DNA of 64,000 nucleotides from an uncultured delta proteobacterium (GCA_963790475.1 CAWBOS010000010.1:1664001-1728000); one strand, 5' to 3'. Counted from the stretch's first letter, positions 1 to 10,046 are shown. The notes: a model not told the origin generated them from the sequence alone. Numbers and translations are program-made.

Positions 1-1401
1 AGCCCTGTTATCCGCACCCACCTGGTCAAAGCCTTGAGCGTAAAAATAGGATGAGAATTTTAGCAATAATTCGGAAGTGACATCTCTATAAACATTTACC
101 TTCTCCACCAGCACCGACCTATACCAGATTTCTCCCCGGCTCAGTAGGGTCGCGGCGGCGGCGATGCCGATACTTCCGAATACCTGCCGAATGACCGTGT
201 AAAGTCCGGTAGCGGCAGGCAAGAGCGGTTTTTCGATAGTGGACAAGGCCGCCGTGCTTAAAGAGGTAAATATGAGCCCGAAACCGGCTCCCTGTAGAAA
301 CTGGGGGAAAAATATATCCCAATATCCGACCGAAAGGGAGAGGCGCGAAAACTGGTAGAAGGAAACACCGGTCATAAAGAGTCCCACCCCTATCAGCCAT
401 CTCGGCCCCGTCTTGTTATAGAGTCGGCCGCCAACCGGCATGGCGATGAGCATGGCAATGCTTCTCGGCAACACCATCAGGCCCGAATCAAAAGCGGGAT
501 AATTAAGGAGTTGCTGTAAAAAGAGTGGGAGGGTGAAAAGACCCCCCATCAGGCCCATGCCCAGGAGACCTCCGAGAAAGGTTCCTGTGCTGAAATTGAT
601 ATCCTTCAAGATTCGTAGATTAACCGCCGGTTTATCGGTAGTCAATTCCCGCCAGATAAACAACAGAAAACCTATGATGGAGGCCGCTGCCAGATATTTA
701 ATTAAATTGGATGAAAACCAATTTTCCAGATTGCCTTTTTCCAAGAATATCTGAAAGGCCCCCAGACCCAAGGCCATGAACATCAAGCCCGCAAAATCCA
801 TCTTCCCTTTTTCCTTGACCAGATAAGGCGGATCTTTAATGTACCGTAGAACTAAAAGGATGTTGATGATTCCTATGGGAACGTTGATATAAAAGACCCA
901 GGGCCAGGAATAATTATCGGTAATCCATCCTCCCAGGGTAGGGGCCAATGCCGGACCTAACATAACACCAAACCCATAAACGCCCATGGCCTTGGCCTGC
1001 TCTTCGGGGGGGAAGGTTTCTCTCAATACCGCCATGGCCGTGGGTATGAGGGCGCCGCCGCCTATTCCCTGAATAAGACGAAAGACGATTAAGGAGTTCA
1101 AATTCCAGGCCAGTCCGCAAAGCATGGAAGAAATGGTAAAAAGAAATACGGAAATGTTCAGGAAACGCTTTCGTCCTAACCGGGAGCTGAGCATGGCCAC
1201 AATGGGCATGATGATGACGCTGGAGAGAATATAACCGGTCGCCACCCAGGATATCTCCTCCACGGAGGCGCTGACCGACGCCCTTATGTGGGGAAGGGCG
1301 ACATTGACGATGCTGCCGTCCATGGCCGCCATAATAGTACCGGTCATGACCGTTATGGCGATCATCCACTTGTTAACCGGGCTTTCGTGTTGTTCGTCCA
1401 C
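1..1401 (-). CDS. emrB: DHA2 (EmrB/QacA) MFS multidrug efflux permease, 3' end runs off the window
   Basis: Manual translation from GTG at 1401: MDEQHESPVNKWMIAITVMTGTIMAAMDGSIVNVALPHIRASVSASVEEISWVATGY..., typical DHA2 N-terminus. Lies 7 bp downstream of an EmrA-like gene. Absent from the ORF track because it has no stop inside the window. Confidence 0.9.
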   Translation of the reverse strand, partial: MDEQHESPVNKWMIAITVMTGTIMAAMDGSIVNVALPHIRASVSASVEEISWVATGYILSSVIIMPIVAMLSSRLGRKRFLNISVFLFTISSMLCGLAWNLNSLIVFRLIQGIGGGALIPTAMAVLRETFPPEEQAKAMGVYGFGVMLGPALAPTLGGWITDNYSWPWVFYINVPIGIINILLVLRYIKDPPYLVKEKGKMDFAGLMFMALGLGAFQIFLEKGNLENWFSSNLIKYLAAASIIGFLLFIWRELTTDKPAVNLRILKDINFSTGTFLGGLLGMGLMGGLFTLPLFLQQLLNYPAFDSGLMVLPRSIAMLIAMPVGGRLYNKTGPRWLIGVGLFMTGVSFYQFSRLSLSVGYWDIFFPQFLQGAGFGLIFTSLSTAALSTIEKPLLPAATGLYTVIRQVFGSIGIAAAATLLSRGEIWYRSVLVEKVNVYRDVTSELLLKFSSYFYAQGFDQVGADNRA

Positions 1402-1408
1402 GGGACCT

Positions 1409-2455
1409 CTATTTGGCAGAGAGTTTGGACCCGGTGGGACGGCTCACGTCTACGTCGGGAACAACGGACATACCGGGCCATAAGGGATGGTCCGGGTCAA
1501 AAGGGGTATCGATAGTGATTTTCACCGGGATACGTTGTACAACCTTGATGAAATTACCGGTGGCGTTCTCCGGAGGAAGCAGGCTGAAGACTGAACCCGT
1601 GCCCGGTTGGAGGCTGTCGATATGTCCTTTGAACACCTTGCCGGGATAGGCGTCGACTTTTATCTCGACCGGCTGGCCCACCGTCATTTTCTTGATTTGA
1701 GTTTCCTTGAAATTGGCCACGATCCAGGGATTCTCTTTGACGATGGAAAACAAGCTCTGACCTGGTTGAACATATTTTCCGACATCAATATTCTTCATCG
1801 CGATAATTCCCGAGATGGGGGCGGCAACCACCGTTTTTGAGAGATCCAGGTGGGCCCTATCCCTGGCGATTTTCGCCTCTTTGATCCTGTAATTCTGGGT
1901 GTTCAAGCGGGCTTCCAGCGTTTTTACCCCGGTCTCTGCTCCTTCCACTGCCGCCGCAGCCGCTTCTTTCCGGGCACTGGCCACATTCAAAACCGACTCC
2001 GCGTGTTCATATTGACTGGTAGTGACCAATCCTTCTTTATACAGATTTTTGCTTCGTTCCAATTCTTTATTAGCCAGGATTTCTTCGGCCGAAATGGCAT
2101 TCAAACCGGCCCGGGCTTGTAAAAGACCCTTCTTCTTTTCCTCCACAGAAGCTTGGATTTCGCTTTCTTCCGAGTTTAAGCGGGAAATGTTTTCCTTCCT
2201 TTCTTGAAATACCGAGGAGAAATCATCAGGGGCAATTTCGAGCAAAGGCATTCCGGCTTCAACCGATTGGTTATCTTTAAAATTGATTTTGACCACCCGC
2301 CCCTTGACCTCTGCGGCAATGGGGACAATAGTCCCGGCTACATAGGCATCCTCCACCTCTTCATGAGAAAGAGAACGGATAAAATAGGCGGCCAGATAAA
2401 TGCCCCCGGCCAAAACTACCAAAACGACTAATCCTCTGAATCCCCATTTCTTCAT
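1409..2455 (-). CDS. emrA: HlyD/EmrA family membrane fusion protein
   Basis: N-terminal TM helix, coiled coil, 'ANFKETQI' and 'FSLLPPENATGNFIKVVQRIPV' signatures. Confidence 0.93.
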   Translation of the reverse strand: MKKWGFRGLVVLVVLAGGIYLAAYFIRSLSHEEVEDAYVAGTIVPIAAEVKGRVVKINFKDNQSVEAGMPLLEIAPDDFSSVFQERKENISRLNSEESEIQASVEEKKKGLLQARAGLNAISAEEILANKELERSKNLYKEGLVTTSQYEHAESVLNVASARKEAAAAAVEGAETGVKTLEARLNTQNYRIKEAKIARDRAHLDLSKTVVAAPISGIIAMKNIDVGKYVQPGQSLFSIVKENPWIVANFKETQIKKMTVGQPVEIKVDAYPGKVFKGHIDSLQPGTGSVFSLLPPENATGNFIKVVQRIPVKITIDTPFDPDHPLWPGMSVVPDVDVSRPTGSKLSAK

Positions 2456-2799
2456 GAGCGTTTTCGTACCCTCCCAAGCATTTCAAGGGACCTTGTCCCG
2501 GATGGTTAGTATAGGTCCGCTTCTTTACAATTTATTCAGTTTATTATTCAGCCCCTTGACTAAAGTTATATATTTTATCAGGCTTGAGTTTATTTATCCA
2601 CAGTTAATTTTATCGTTAATTTTATCGTTTTCAAACCAGGTTTTTTTTAACCCCTTTGAGGAAAATTCGCCTGAGATTTTAAACATATTAACCTTTGGTA
2701 AAACTTATCTTGATATCTGGATAGCTGTGATATATACAGTCTAGTAAAACAAGTCAGGCAAACATTTTTTTCAACTTTTCTGTAGAAAGGAGATTTAAA

Positions 2800-4518
2800 A
2801 TGGAAGCAAGGACCTATCCTGAGTACAGCACCAATTACCCTCTGCTCCTCACCACCTTTATGAAAAGGCCGGTTAGAGTCTATCCTAATGAGATCGGGAT
2901 CGTTTACCGCAACCAGTTCACGGCTGAATATCAGCGATTCACCTGGGGCGCATGGTATAAACGGACCTGTAAATTAGCCAATGCCCTCAAAAAGCTGGGT
3001 ATCAAATCCGGAAAGCCGGGGGAACCCGGCGATCGGGTCGGTACCATGGCCCTGAATACCCACCGTCATATGGAACTTTATTATGCCGTCCCCTGCTCCG
3101 GGGCCATGCTCCATCCCATCAATGTCCGGCTGGCTCTGGAACATATCATCTATACCATCAACCATGCCGAGGATACGGCCATTTTCTTCGATGATATTCT
3201 CCTGCCCATGGTGGAAGGCATCTATGACCAGATTAAGGGCAAAGTGAAAATTTTTGTTTATATGTCCGATAAAAGAGGGCTGCCTCAAAGCAAGATCGAA
3301 AACCTTTATGAATACGAAGCCCTGCTGGAAGCGGAACCGGACACATACGAGTGGCCCCATCTTCATGAGGACACTTATGCCACCCTGTGCTATACCACAG
3401 CTACCACCGGTCTTCCCAAAGGAGCTATGTTTACTCACCGGGCCCTTTATCTGCAAACGATTCACCTAATGGCCATGACCTCAATCAACAATGATCCCAG
3501 CACGGTGTATGTTGGAGAAAACGGGGTGCCCATGATGACCACACCCCTCTTCCATATCCATGCCTGGTGCCAGCCTTTTGCCTATGTCTTCAGTGCCCAG
3601 AAAATCGTCTTGCCGGGAATGTTCACGGTAGATGGTTTTTGCGATCTGGTTCAAACCGAAAAGGTAACCAGCGTGGCGGTTGTGCCGACTATTTTGGCTC
3701 TAATTCTGGAGTATAAAGATATCGACAAGTACGATCTGAGCAGTCTGAAGTCCGTGGGGGTAGGCGGCGGGGCCCTGCCTTTGGGTTTGAAGTCCAAGGT
3801 CGAGAAACGGATTCCGGGATTCAGTGCCGCTTCCGGATACGGTATGACCGAAACGGCCCCGGTGACCATAACGGCTTTTGTTAAGAAATATATGAGAGAT
3901 TGGCCCAAGGAGAAACTGGATGAAGTTAAGGTAAAAACAGGACTTCCCGTGCTTGGGCTGGAAGTCGATGTGGTAGATGATAAAGGAAAACCTGTACCGC
4001 ATAACAACAGCACCATCGGCGAAATCATTATTCGCGGCCCCTGGGTTATGGAACGGTATTATAAAAATCCGGAAAAAACAGCCGAAGTCTGGCATGACAA
4101 CTGGTTTCACACCGGAGACATGGCCACGGTGGATGAAGAGGATTTCGTCGTCATCGCCGACCGGATGTCCGACGTGATCCGCAGCGGCTCGGAAATGGTC
4201 CCGACTGTCCTGCTGGAAAACCTGGCCGGCATGGCCGATTTTGTCCTGGAGGCCACCATCGTGGGGGTTCCCGATGAGGTTTGGGGGGAAATCCCCATGG
4301 CTCTGGTCAAACTGGTCCCCGGTTCCAAGGCCACCGAAGATGACTTTATTAAATTTCTGGAGGCTGAAGGTGTGGCCAAGGGTAAAATCACCAAGTGGAT
4401 GCTGCCCAAGCTGGTGGCCATTGTCGATGATGTGCCCAAGACCAGCGTGGGAAAATACAACAAACGGGATATCAAAAATAATGTGAAAACCTACCTGGAA
4501 AAAGCCAAGAGGATGTAA
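2800..4518 (+). CDS. Fatty-acid--CoA ligase (AMP-binding, AlkK/medium-long chain type)
   Basis: YTTATTGLPKG P-loop, GYGMTET, WFHTGD, PKTSVGK; AAGGAG RBS; close paralog at 38935. Confidence 0.92.
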   Translation: MEARTYPEYSTNYPLLLTTFMKRPVRVYPNEIGIVYRNQFTAEYQRFTWGAWYKRTCKLANALKKLGIKSGKPGEPGDRVGTMALNTHRHMELYYAVPCSGAMLHPINVRLALEHIIYTINHAEDTAIFFDDILLPMVEGIYDQIKGKVKIFVYMSDKRGLPQSKIENLYEYEALLEAEPDTYEWPHLHEDTYATLCYTTATTGLPKGAMFTHRALYLQTIHLMAMTSINNDPSTVYVGENGVPMMTTPLFHIHAWCQPFAYVFSAQKIVLPGMFTVDGFCDLVQTEKVTSVAVVPTILALILEYKDIDKYDLSSLKSVGVGGGALPLGLKSKVEKRIPGFSAASGYGMTETAPVTITAFVKKYMRDWPKEKLDEVKVKTGLPVLGLEVDVVDDKGKPVPHNNSTIGEIIIRGPWVMERYYKNPEKTAEVWHDNWFHTGDMATVDEEDFVVIADRMSDVIRSGSEMVPTVLLENLAGMADFVLEATIVGVPDEVWGEIPMALVKLVPGSKATEDDFIKFLEAEGVAKGKITKWMLPKLVAIVDDVPKTSVGKYNKRDIKNNVKTYLEKAKRM

Positions 4519-4590
4519 AGAAGGAGCAAACTTAAAACTTCATTTGAAGTTGAGCCATTATCCTTCTTAACCTTTTTTAATGAGACTTCC

Positions 4591-4632
4591 AGTCCTTGAG
4601 CGCCAAGAATTTTCTCCTGGCGTTCAAGGACT
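4591..4632. terminator. Hairpin between convergent genes, likely terminator
   Basis: AGTCCTTGAGCGCCA...TGGCGTTCAAGGACT inverted repeat (one G-U pair). Confidence 0.55.
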
Positions 4633-4690
4633 TGTTAAAATTCTCTATTCCTGTCACTAAATTCATATCATTTCAAATGAGTGGTAAGGC

Positions 4691-5581
4691 TCAGACCACC
4701 ACCAGCCAAACCCCAACCACACTTACAATAACCCCAATAATGGCAAACCTCCTCGGTTTTTCCCCGAGGATGAAGATAGCAAAAGGCAAGGCAAAGAGAG
4801 GGGCGACAGCAGTCAAAAGCACAGTTTTCCCTGCACCGATCAGTTGAATCGCCGATATGTATCCCACGGCGGCCACCCCGTAGGTGAGCAGACCGGCGGA
4901 AGCAACCAGGATCAGATTTTTTCTGCCAATCTGCCTAAACGATGTTTTTCCCTTTTTCGGACCTGAATGAAATAAAAATAATAAAACAATCGCCGAAGTG
5001 GAAATCCTGAGTCCTGCGGCAACAAAGGGATCGACTCCGGTCACACCGATTTTCAACAGGATCGTTGCCCCGGTCCAGGTCACGATGGCGATCAGTATGA
5101 AAAGCAGGCCCTTGGGGTTGATCCGTTTTTTATCCCTTGAGTTGCCTCCCTGCCCCCTGGATGAAGTCATCAAGTAAATGCCCAGGACCACCAAAACGGC
5201 CCCGGTTATGGTAATCCAGGTAAACTGTTCGCCTAAGAATAAAATTGCCGATAGGACCGCCAAAAGGACAAAAGCGCACTGGGAAAGAGGGAAGGCGATA
5301 GAGATATCCAAAAGGGCCACACTTTTGATATAGATCGTATCCCCGATGGCCATGGCCAATACGCCGGAAATGACCACATAGACCAAAGATCCCCAGGGAA
5401 TATGGGAAAAAGCTTCGTATCTGCCTGTAACTATAATCAATAATATGAGCAGTGCCGAACCGACCCAGGTGCGAAGGGTGTTGATGACCAGTGAATCGAT
5501 CTTATCGGCCACCAGTTTAACACAGATACTGCTGATCGACCAGGCCAGCGACGTCAGCAGCGCGATACCCGCTCCAAGCAT
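4691..5581 (-). CDS. DMT/EamA family transporter
   Basis: About 10 hydrophobic helices in two EamA-like repeats, each ending in LGE. Confidence 0.9.
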   Translation of the reverse strand: MLGAGIALLTSLAWSISSICVKLVADKIDSLVINTLRTWVGSALLILLIIVTGRYEAFSHIPWGSLVYVVISGVLAMAIGDTIYIKSVALLDISIAFPLSQCAFVLLAVLSAILFLGEQFTWITITGAVLVVLGIYLMTSSRGQGGNSRDKKRINPKGLLFILIAIVTWTGATILLKIGVTGVDPFVAAGLRISTSAIVLLFLFHSGPKKGKTSFRQIGRKNLILVASAGLLTYGVAAVGYISAIQLIGAGKTVLLTAVAPLFALPFAIFILGEKPRRFAIIGVIVSVVGVWLVVV

Positions 5582-5719
5582 AGCTTTCTCCGCACCTGCC
5601 CTAATAGTGAAATACGATTGCTCTTAAAGCCTGCCTACCAGGGGATAATCCTTAGATCGGGCCGGCAGGCCATTCACCGCTTGGCTTTCCGCAAATAAAT
5701 ATCCTCTGTAATCTGCTTC

Positions 5720-6316
5720 TTATTCGTGAATTAACTGAAGCCCAATCCGGTCCCAGGTCGCACATCTTTCAATTTTATCAAAAATAGACTGGGCTCTATT
5801 CCAGGGACGATCAAATAAGGCAACCCTGGTGTCCATGGTTTGAGATATATATTCAGCCATGGACAGAGAGTCTTCCACAGCCAGACCAAATTTCATGGAC
5901 GAAAGGTCATTCATTGAAATAGCGATCCTGTGATCTGTGTCCGGTCTGGAATATTTATCCACCATGATGAAAGAATCGTAGGGAACCTTATGCGAAGAAA
6001 GCCATTCCAATGAGGTCTCATAAGTGGAAGTTAAACGACCGGTCACTATGGCGATTTCATACCCCTGGGCGGCCCAATTCTTTAAAACTTCTATTGCCCC
6101 ATCAACGGGGTCTAATCCCAGTATTTCTTCCGGCCGGTGAATGAGCTCAAAAAAATAATCATATTCTTCCTGACTAAGCCCAAAAGCTTCCTGGAAATTG
6201 AAGGAGGTAATTTGCTCTAATCCGACCTCCCTTCCATATTCCCTTTTTAACAGTTTGCTGGACGCCAGAGTCGTTTCCGACAAAACATCATCCAGGTCGA
6301 CATAAATGGGTAACAT
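5720..6316 (-). CDS. HAD-superfamily 5'(3')-nucleotidase-like (NT5C) protein
   Basis: DxDxV motif I (VDLDDVL), IVTGR motif II, VEDS and DRPWN C-terminal motifs. Confidence 0.8.
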   Translation of the reverse strand: MLPIYVDLDDVLSETTLASSKLLKREYGREVGLEQITSFNFQEAFGLSQEEYDYFFELIHRPEEILGLDPVDGAIEVLKNWAAQGYEIAIVTGRLTSTYETSLEWLSSHKVPYDSFIMVDKYSRPDTDHRIAISMNDLSSMKFGLAVEDSLSMAEYISQTMDTRVALFDRPWNRAQSIFDKIERCATWDRIGLQLIHE

Positions 6317-6393
6317 AAAAAGACTCCAATTTGTTTTCTCTATTAGGGGAATTGAACGATAATGACTTCGAAGGCACAGTATTCCGAATTTAT

Positions 6394-6669
6394 TTATAGA
6401 TGCCCTTTAAGATGATCGCCTTTATAGATATTCTTACGATGACCGATTCTGAGGATTAAGACATCGTTACCTAATAAAGCGTAAATGACCCGACAGTCCC
6501 CTACTCGAAATTTACGTAGCCCGGCAAATGGTCCTTTGAGGACCGGATTGAATTCGGCTTTTCTCACAAGCTCCCGTTCAATCCGGTCAAGGAGACGACC
6601 GGCCTCCGCTCTGGACAGCTTTTTTAAATCACGATGAACTGACTCTTTGTAAACGATATTATAAGCCAG
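6394..6669 (-). CDS. relE: RelE/ParE family toxin with non-canonical CTG start (missed by ORF track)
   Basis: Manual translation: (L)AYNIVYKESVHRDLKKLSRAEAGRLLDRIERELVRKAEFNPVLKGPFAGLRKFRVGDCRVIYALLGNDVLILRIGHRKNIYKGDHLKGHL*; overlaps the antitoxin 3' end. Confidence 0.85.
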   Translation of the reverse strand: MAYNIVYKESVHRDLKKLSRAEAGRLLDRIERELVRKAEFNPVLKGPFAGLRKFRVGDCRVIYALLGNDVLILRIGHRKNIYKGDHLKGHL

Positions 6670-6877
6670 GAGATTTCCTCAGCTCTTTGCCGGACACAAC
6701 AGGATCTGTTTTATCATGGAGCCGATCGAGGGCAATCTGCAGGTCTGCGTAATCTTCTATGTAGGATTCTAACGCTTTCTGAATAATGAAAGAACGGGGT
6801 CTCTCTGTTTCCTTGGCCATGTTGTCCAATCGTTCGGAAAGTTCCTTGGGCAGTCTGACTGACAGGGCTGTACTCAT
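6659..6877 (-). CDS. Ribbon-helix-helix (CopG/RelB-like) antitoxin
   Basis: MSTALSVRLPKELSERLDNMAKETERPRSFIIQKALESY RHH pattern; upstream of and overlapping relE. Confidence 0.88.
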   Translation of the reverse strand: MSTALSVRLPKELSERLDNMAKETERPRSFIIQKALESYIEDYADLQIALDRLHDKTDPVVSGKELRKSPGL

Positions 6878-7032
6878 GAAGTGCCTCCTGGTTCATTTGT
6901 ATTACAATGTAGTTAGTCGCAACTTAAGTCAAGCATATTTGGAAATGAAATTCAATCCGAGAGGAATCGTTTAAAAATTGAAGATTATCGGCAAAGCAAA
7001 AGTGACAGAATGTTCAGGACTGGTAAAGGCCA

Positions 7033-7272
7033 TTACCCCCCATTCAGGGCCTGAAATATCAGGACCTGTGATCCGGGGGTCAGCCGTTCGTCCTTCGGTA
7101 AAATCCGGCTGTCCATCAATACCGTTCCACCCCGTTCGTCAGAAATATTCAGACGGGCCAAAAGGTCGGCAACCTTCGACCCTTCGGGCAGGTCCACTTC
7201 AAGACCTTTCTCAAAATCGTAATCGGAAAAAAGGTCACTCAAAGTCCCAAATAATTTAACAGTGATTCTCAT
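7033..7272 (-). CDS. MoaD/ThiS family sulfur-carrier protein
   Basis: MRITVKLFGTL... ubiquitin-like fold pattern with C-terminal GG; likely true start 7272, not 7476. Confidence 0.85.
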   Translation of the reverse strand: MRITVKLFGTLSDLFSDYDFEKGLEVDLPEGSKVADLLARLNISDERGGTVLMDSRILPKDERLTPGSQVLIFQALNGG

Positions 7273-7443
7273 CAGGAAAAAGTTTGCACTATGGATATGG
7301 TAACGTTTTAGCTGTTTAATATATGCCTTTTGCGACAGATCCACGGCGACATCTTCAGACTTTCTTCCGGGCGGACCCCCTATGGATACCCTACGGGGCC
7401 GGCTTTCGCCTGGAAAAACTTGCTCACACGCACGGGCCGGCAA

Positions 7444-7474
7444 GGTACTGATTGACAGGTCGTCAATCAGTACC
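7444..7474. promoter_or_regulatory. Perfect 13-bp inverted repeat (operator or RNA hairpin)
   Basis: GGTACTGATTGAC-AGGTC-GTCAATCAGTACC in the moaD/marR divergent intergenic region. Confidence 0.5.
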
Positions 7475-7597
7475 ATTCTTCTGTCTGTCTTGGTCTGCCT
7501 TCGTCCGTTGCAAAAATAAAGTGTATAAGGGGACTAACCAAATGTCAAAATATATGATACGATCCTATTTATTTCTGAGTTCCTTTTCAAGAATCGC

Positions 7598-7652
7598 TTG
7601 ACTTATGCCTGAGATTAGGTAATATTATGTTACTATCATAAATGCATACTAT
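7598..7652 (+). promoter_or_regulatory. Promoter/operator shared with 17824-17878
   Basis: TTGACT -35-like hexamer, GTAA-N7-TTAC palindrome; 35/43 identical to 17824-17866. Confidence 0.7.
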
Positions 7653-7673
7653 CCTTGAGAAAAAGGAGTCAAC

Positions 7674-8117
7674 ATGAGAGAAAAACAAATGGAACAGATT
7701 TCCCAGAATGCACTTGAACTCTTTCCATTGCTGAAGCGCCTTTTCAACGGAGATCCCCGAGACCCGGCGCTTGTACCGCTCCGAAACCAAACCTTCAGTA
7801 TCCTTCGGATATTAATAAGAAACGGACCGCTTCCGGTCTCGGCTGTCGGCAAGCGATTGCTCATCGCCAAACAAAACATGACCACACTCGTCGATAAGCT
7901 TATGAAAGAGGGTTTGGTTGAACGGAAATTGGATGCCACGGACCGGCGCGTCATTAACGTCTTCATAACCAAAAAGGGGATTAAATTTTTACAGGACAGT
8001 ATGCAGGGCTTGAAAAAAATCGTGAGTCAAAATTTATCGGAGCTTAGTGAGGAGGACATTGAATCCCTTTATAAAGCTTTTCAGACCATCAGAACCATTG
8101 CCCCAAAGTTAGGCTGA
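7674..8117 (+). CDS. MarR family transcriptional regulator
   Basis: Winged helix with 'TTLVDKL...GLVER..D..DRR....IT.KG'. Confidence 0.93.
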   Translation: MREKQMEQISQNALELFPLLKRLFNGDPRDPALVPLRNQTFSILRILIRNGPLPVSAVGKRLLIAKQNMTTLVDKLMKEGLVERKLDATDRRVINVFITKKGIKFLQDSMQGLKKIVSQNLSELSEEDIESLYKAFQTIRTIAPKLG

Positions 8118-8191
8118 AAAATTATTTGACTACCAATCCATAAAAAGGTGGGGTTCCGGACCTCACCATAACCAGGAAGGAGAACGGAATC

Positions 8192-8983
8192 ATGACCAAG
8201 CAAGAAATTTTATTTAAGAAAGAGGATGGGATCGCCACGATTACCTTGAATTGTCCGGAGAGAAAGAATTCATTCTCCATGGACATGATCGACCACTGGG
8301 TCAATGCGCTGGGACAATGGCGGACCGACCCGGAGGTCAAGGTCATCGTCTTGACGGGGAGCGGCGACTCTTTTTGTGCCGGTGCTTATTTTGCTCCGGC
8401 TCAGGACGGAGCCGTTGCGGCCCCTACGGCTTTTGATCACAAAACCAACTTATGGGAACGGATCCACCGTATCCCTCTGACCCTGGAGGATACGGATAAG
8501 CCGGTGATCGCCGCCCTGAATGGGGTAGCTGTCGGCGCCGGGCTGGACATGGCCCTGATGTGCGATATTCGTTTTGCCGCCGAGTCGGCCAGGTTTTCCG
8601 AAGGGTATGTTAAAGTAGGATTCGTTCCGGGAGACGGCGGGGCCTACTATTTACCCCGACTGGTCGGGGTAGCCAAAGCCCTGGAGCTTCTTATGACCGG
8701 TGACTTTATTTTCGCACCGGAGGCGGAACGCATCGGAATGGTCAACAAGGTTTTCCCTGACGACCAACTGATGGACGAAACCTATAAATTCGCCCGGCGG
8801 CTGGCAGACGGACCGACCAAGGTCATTCAACTGATTAAACGCGCCGTCTACCAGAGCAGTCGTGTGGATTTGAGAACGGCTTTGGATATGATCTCCTCTC
8901 ATATGGGCGTTATTCGTACGACTAAGGACAGTCAAGAGGCCATGAAGGCTTCCATGACCAGACTTAAGGGTGGGAAAAAATAA
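8192..8983 (+). CDS. Enoyl-CoA hydratase/isomerase
   Basis: FCAG, KPVIAALNGVAVGAG, CDIRFA crotonase motifs. Confidence 0.93.
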   Translation: MTKQEILFKKEDGIATITLNCPERKNSFSMDMIDHWVNALGQWRTDPEVKVIVLTGSGDSFCAGAYFAPAQDGAVAAPTAFDHKTNLWERIHRIPLTLEDTDKPVIAALNGVAVGAGLDMALMCDIRFAAESARFSEGYVKVGFVPGDGGAYYLPRLVGVAKALELLMTGDFIFAPEAERIGMVNKVFPDDQLMDETYKFARRLADGPTKVIQLIKRAVYQSSRVDLRTALDMISSHMGVIRTTKDSQEAMKASMTRLKGGKK

Positions 8984-9986
8984 AAAAGTCAAACCAAAAA
9001 GGTGCCCATTGAAAGAAATCGTTCAAGAAATCGCCCCGGGCCTATACCGGATCAGCATCCCCCTGGCCTTTGGGCTCGATTATGTCCATACCTATGCCGC
9101 AATTGACCAGGAGCGGGTCGCCCTTTTCGATACCGGGCCCTTAATGCCCTCCAGTTTGTCCCTATATCAAAAGGCCTTGGCCGGAATCGGGAGATCGATA
9201 GAAGATGTAGATCGGATATTCATCACCCATTCCCATGTGGATCACTGCGGGTTCGCCGGACAGATCAAAAAGATCTCCGGCGCCCGTATTTTTCTGTCGG
9301 AGATTGAATTCGAGGCCATAACCCGTGCCCATCAGGATCAGCCAAAAATCGACACGCTGGGGCATTTTTGGCGACAATACGGACTGGACGAAAAAACCAT
9401 TCATACCTTCAGTGCGGTTTTAGACGCCTTTACGATGGCAACCGCCCCATTTACTACGGATCATTTTTTAAACGACGAAGAATTCATAAAGTTTGGAAAG
9501 CGAACCTTCCAGGTTCTCTTCACCCCCGGCCACACCCGGGGGCATATCTGTTTCTTTCTGCCGGAAGAGCAGATTCTTCTGGCCGGCGATTGTATTTTGC
9601 CGCACATAACACCCAACCTGAGCCCCGACCTCACCTGTCCCTCGTTTCTGCCCCTGGAAAATTTTCTAAGCTCGCTGGAGCGGATCGGCGCTTTGCCGGT
9701 CCATAAGGTCTATCCCGCCCACGGGGAACCTTTTAATAATCTCAAAGGGAGAGTGGAAGAAATTATTGAACATCACATTCAACGAAAGGACCTGACCTTA
9801 CAATCCGTTACCCGGGATTCCCAAATGCCGGCTGAGATATCCAAAAAGATTTTCGGGGACTCTCTTTCCGGTTTTGATAGAGGCCTGGCCCTTAATGAAA
9901 CCTATGTCCATCTCCTGCAATTGGAAAAGGAGGGACGAATTGTAAGGGCAGAAAATGACGGACTGATATCTTTCAAAAAAATTTAA
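8970..9986 (+). CDS. MBL-fold metallo-hydrolase with C-terminal winged helix
   Basis: THSHVDHCG, TPGHTRGH, AGD, PAHG motifs; start may be TTG 9009. Confidence 0.9.
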   Translation: MGKNKKVKPKRCPLKEIVQEIAPGLYRISIPLAFGLDYVHTYAAIDQERVALFDTGPLMPSSLSLYQKALAGIGRSIEDVDRIFITHSHVDHCGFAGQIKKISGARIFLSEIEFEAITRAHQDQPKIDTLGHFWRQYGLDEKTIHTFSAVLDAFTMATAPFTTDHFLNDEEFIKFGKRTFQVLFTPGHTRGHICFFLPEEQILLAGDCILPHITPNLSPDLTCPSFLPLENFLSSLERIGALPVHKVYPAHGEPFNNLKGRVEEIIEHHIQRKDLTLQSVTRDSQMPAEISKKIFGDSLSGFDRGLALNETYVHLLQLEKEGRIVRAENDGLISFKKI

Positions 9987-10046
9987 GTCACCGTACTTCC
10001 GCCAGAGCCGGGAGGCTTGAAAATATTAGCCCCTCGAAGGGGCTCA
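9986..10046 (-). mobile_element. Possible orphan IS200/IS605-type end remnant
   Basis: Two adjacent hairpins AGCCCCTCGAAGGGGCT and CTTCCGCCAGAGCCGGGAGG, resembling IS200-type right ends; no transposase nearby. Confidence 0.4.

Noticed and set aside
2726-2740. CTGTGATATATACAG resembling an SOS (LexA) box
   Set aside because: The spacer is 7 nt rather than 8, the flanking genes are not SOS genes, and this box type is not expected for the inferred lineage.
2456-2799. Possible replication origin
   Set aside because: Only one DnaA box, and no dnaA/dnaN/gidA-type context.
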